From: an uncultured Candidatus Peribacteria bacterium
Lineage (GTDB): Bacteria > Patescibacteriota > Gracilibacteria > UBA4473
Length of the DNA stretch: 43,803 nt
Reading direction: 5' to 3'
Assembly (NCBI GenBank): GCA_964451885.1
Contig: CAYVJW010000002.1
Span: 1 to 43,803, forward strand
In this document: positions 41,847 to 43,803 of the stretch, piece after piece
Position numbering within the stretch: position 1 is the first letter of the stretch
How the letters are laid out: every line of letters begins with the position of its first letter
Notes under the pieces: generated by a model
The model's database searches: none
What the model was told of the DNA's origin: nothing
The model's input: only the letters and a program-made list of their open reading frames with translations
Translations under genes and position numbers: made by a program

Positions 41847-43537
41847 TGTAAATCTCTAAACAAGGCCATGATATCACTATCTAGCTCATTTGTCAACAGA
41901 AACTCTAAATATCTTTTTTTTTGTTTTTCATAAATCACCCGACTCACCACTAAAGCCACTTCCGCACGGGTAATATTATCTCCCGGTCTGAATTCATCAC
42001 TTACGATTCCTTTTAGAAACCCATTTTCTTTTGCATAAGCCACATGCTTTGCAAACCAAGCATCAGCAGGGGCATCCAAAAATGGGGCAGAAGTTACTTG
42101 TTTTACATCATCAAATGTGGCTAATTCTATTATAACTTTCAAAGCAGCCGCTCTGGTAACATATTCATCCGGATAAAACTTCCCTTCCCGCCCTTCAATA
42201 GCCCCTATTAATTGCGCAAAACGGATGAATGGCGCATACCAGGCATCTTGGGAAACATCTTCAAATAATTTTATTTGTTCATTTTCTGAAATCTCCTTTT
42301 CCGATAAGCTTCCGGCAATTTTTACCAACTCGGCTCGGGTTATAAAATCATCAGGATGAAATTTTTGATCTGATTTTCCTTCAACAATTCCTAATTCATA
42401 AAGATAATCAATGTATTCTCGTGCCCAATGGTAAGTAACATCCTCAAAAATAATTCTCTCTTTCGGATTTTCTTCAAACGAAGAAGCCAAATAATTATCT
42501 TCCTCAGGAGTTTTAATATGGCGGACTACCGGAGAATACTTTATTTCAACATTGGTTATTATGTTGCTTCTTTGCATTGGATTTCTACCCGAATTTGAAT
42601 TTATCTGATTCCATTCTTTTTCTCTCTTTTCCTCAAACCGGGAAGGCCGGTCTTCAAAAATTGCTGCTTGTTCTTCTGGAGAGTTTTCTATTTTTCTTTG
42701 TATTGGGGATCGCTCTGATTTAGGATTTAACGGATTCCATTCTTTAGTAGGGACATGCCGGGAGGGGGGATTATCAATTCGGAATTTTCTGTTTTTAAAA
42801 AGAGCTGTATATGCTTCAGGATCATGTACCAGGTGTTTTTGTATTGGCGTCCTGGTAGTATCCGGATTTACAGGATTCCAGGCTGTTTTATTTGCAGGAA
42901 GTAATTCCTGCTGATAAGAAAAATCAGCAATAACTTCTTTTTCAAATTCTTGAGTTGAACCGACGGAATAAATATCAACCGCTTCCTCCGGTAGTTTTTT
43001 GCTCCCGTAAATTTGCTCACGTACAAGAGTTGTCACTTTTTCAAAGAGCCCTTTTTTAATTTCTGGATTTGTATCCTTTTTATGGCGAGCCTTATGAAGT
43101 TCATAAGCATTAATAAACCACCCGGCAAATTCTGAACGAAGGAGTAGATGATCAGATTTAAATCTCTGCTTCTGAAAAGGAGCCAAACCATTTTTAGCCA
43201 CCCCTAAATTAAATACATAGCTCATTAATCGAGTTGCCTCTCCTTTTGTCGGGAACGTATTTTTATCAAAATCCTCATGAATTAACCGTTCTCTTAAAGC
43301 CATATAAAATAAACGGTTCTTTTCGTCTTTATTCATCTGTATTTTCTCTAGCCTAGGTAATTCAGATTTTTTTAATTCAAGTAAAGAAGCTATTTTTTCA
43401 TACTTCGCCCGAAGTAATGCATTGAGTAATTCGTCCCATGTTAATGGATCGTTTGGATTGAATTTGTGATCCGTTTTATTGGAGAAGGAGGTGTTGGGTA
43501 CTCTCCTACGGCAAATTTTGAGAAATGATATGTCCAC
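41843..43537 (-). CDS. S-layer-homology (3x SLH) surface protein with three W-N-P-x-N-P...R-x-P-(I/M)-Q repeats. The 5' end is uncertain.
   Basis: Three C-terminal SLH units (FEDVTYHWAREYIDYL..., FEDVSQDAWYAPFIRF..., FLDAPADAWFAKHVAYA...). ATGA overlap with the downstream sensor gene. The only candidate start is the GTG at 43537, inside the upstream ORF. Confidence 0.7.
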   Translation of the reverse strand: MDISFLKICRRRVPNTSFSNKTDHKFNPNDPLTWDELLNALLRAKYEKIASLLELKKSELPRLEKIQMNKDEKNRLFYMALRERLIHEDFDKNTFPTKGEATRLMSYVFNLGVAKNGLAPFQKQRFKSDHLLLRSEFAGWFINAYELHKARHKKDTNPEIKKGLFEKVTTLVREQIYGSKKLPEEAVDIYSVGSTQEFEKEVIADFSYQQELLPANKTAWNPVNPDTTRTPIQKHLVHDPEAYTALFKNRKFRIDNPPSRHVPTKEWNPLNPKSERSPIQRKIENSPEEQAAIFEDRPSRFEEKREKEWNQINSNSGRNPMQRSNIITNVEIKYSPVVRHIKTPEEDNYLASSFEENPKERIIFEDVTYHWAREYIDYLYELGIVEGKSDQKFHPDDFITRAELVKIAGSLSEKEISENEQIKLFEDVSQDAWYAPFIRFAQLIGAIEGREGKFYPDEYVTRAAALKVIIELATFDDVKQVTSAPFLDAPADAWFAKHVAYAKENGFLKGIVSDEFRPGDNITRAEVALVVSRVIYEKQKKRYLEFLLTNELDSDIMALFRDLQ

Positions 43538-43764
43538 ACGAGCATATTAACTCCGGTTCGATAATAACACTCTTTTGGAAAAATAATCCCCTCTCCGTCT
43601 GCATTTTGGCATTGATCCGTAATTTCATTCCAGGTGATTCCTCCATCTGTACTATAAAAAGGAGTGCCAGAACTTGAAGGAAACATGATTTTTACGGGTT
43701 TATCAAAAAGTAGTGTAGAGTCCTCCGCCCCCACGGATACGCTTCTCCTTAGGAACTGTAACAA
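43441..43764 (-). CDS. hypothetical ORF (107 aa, TTG start). It may be the 5' part of the SLH gene, separated from it by a frameshift.
   Basis: It overlaps the SLH ORF by 97 nt in another frame and has no signal peptide. The only Shine-Dalgarno-like agggaag seen in the window, plus a tataaa box, lie upstream. Confidence 0.35.
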   Translation of the reverse strand: MLQFLRRSVSVGAEDSTLLFDKPVKIMFPSSSGTPFYSTDGGITWNEITDQCQNADGEGIIFPKECYYRTGVNMLVWTYHFSKFAVGEYPTPPSPIKRITNSIQTIH

Positions 43765-43803
43765 AATAACTTCCCTAAAATAGACAAATATTTATAATGA
43801 GGA

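Overview
AT-rich bacterial chromosome segment under the standard genetic code (TGA and TAA are used as stops). It is dominated by housekeeping genes. These include ileS, trpS, argS, metK, infC-rpmI-rplT, a partial alpha-operon block (infA-rpmJ-rpsM-rpsK-rpsD-rpoA-rplQ-rplM-rpsI), tuf, rplU, grpE, mnmA, recA, ruvB, ruvX, tatD, rnj and pepA. Three isolated biosynthetic genes are also present: ilvD, leuD and trpG/pabA. Several features suggest a small-genome uncultivated lineage such as CPR/Patescibacteria, but this is an inference: a DUF4012-like protein, a TrbC/VirB2-like pilin protein, a catalytically degenerate DHH-like protein, SLH proteins, and no Shine-Dalgarno sequence upstream of the ~20 starts inspected. 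I found no rRNA, tRNA, CRISPR array, transposase or recognisable defence locus. Five observations deserve a second look. (1) IleRS carries an apparently intact histidine-phosphatase (PGAM-type) domain inserted between its catalytic core and anticodon-binding domain. (2) G+C-rich hairpin elements sit in inverted doublets (REPIN-like) and show compensatory base-pair changes. A separate, non-hairpin 21-nt G+C-rich segment recurs identically in frame inside ileS and in the metK leader. (3) Many start codons are preceded by gene-specific tandem arrays of 7-nt or 9-nt AT-rich 'words' in G-poor leaders. (4) A pilin-like membrane protein is fused to three novel six-Cys repeat modules. (5) A G+C-rich ~500-bp noncoding island lies between ruvB and argS, with mutually exclusive hairpins and a small hydrophobic ORF. 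All coordinates, motifs and pairings were read by eye from the sequence. No database or HMM search was run.
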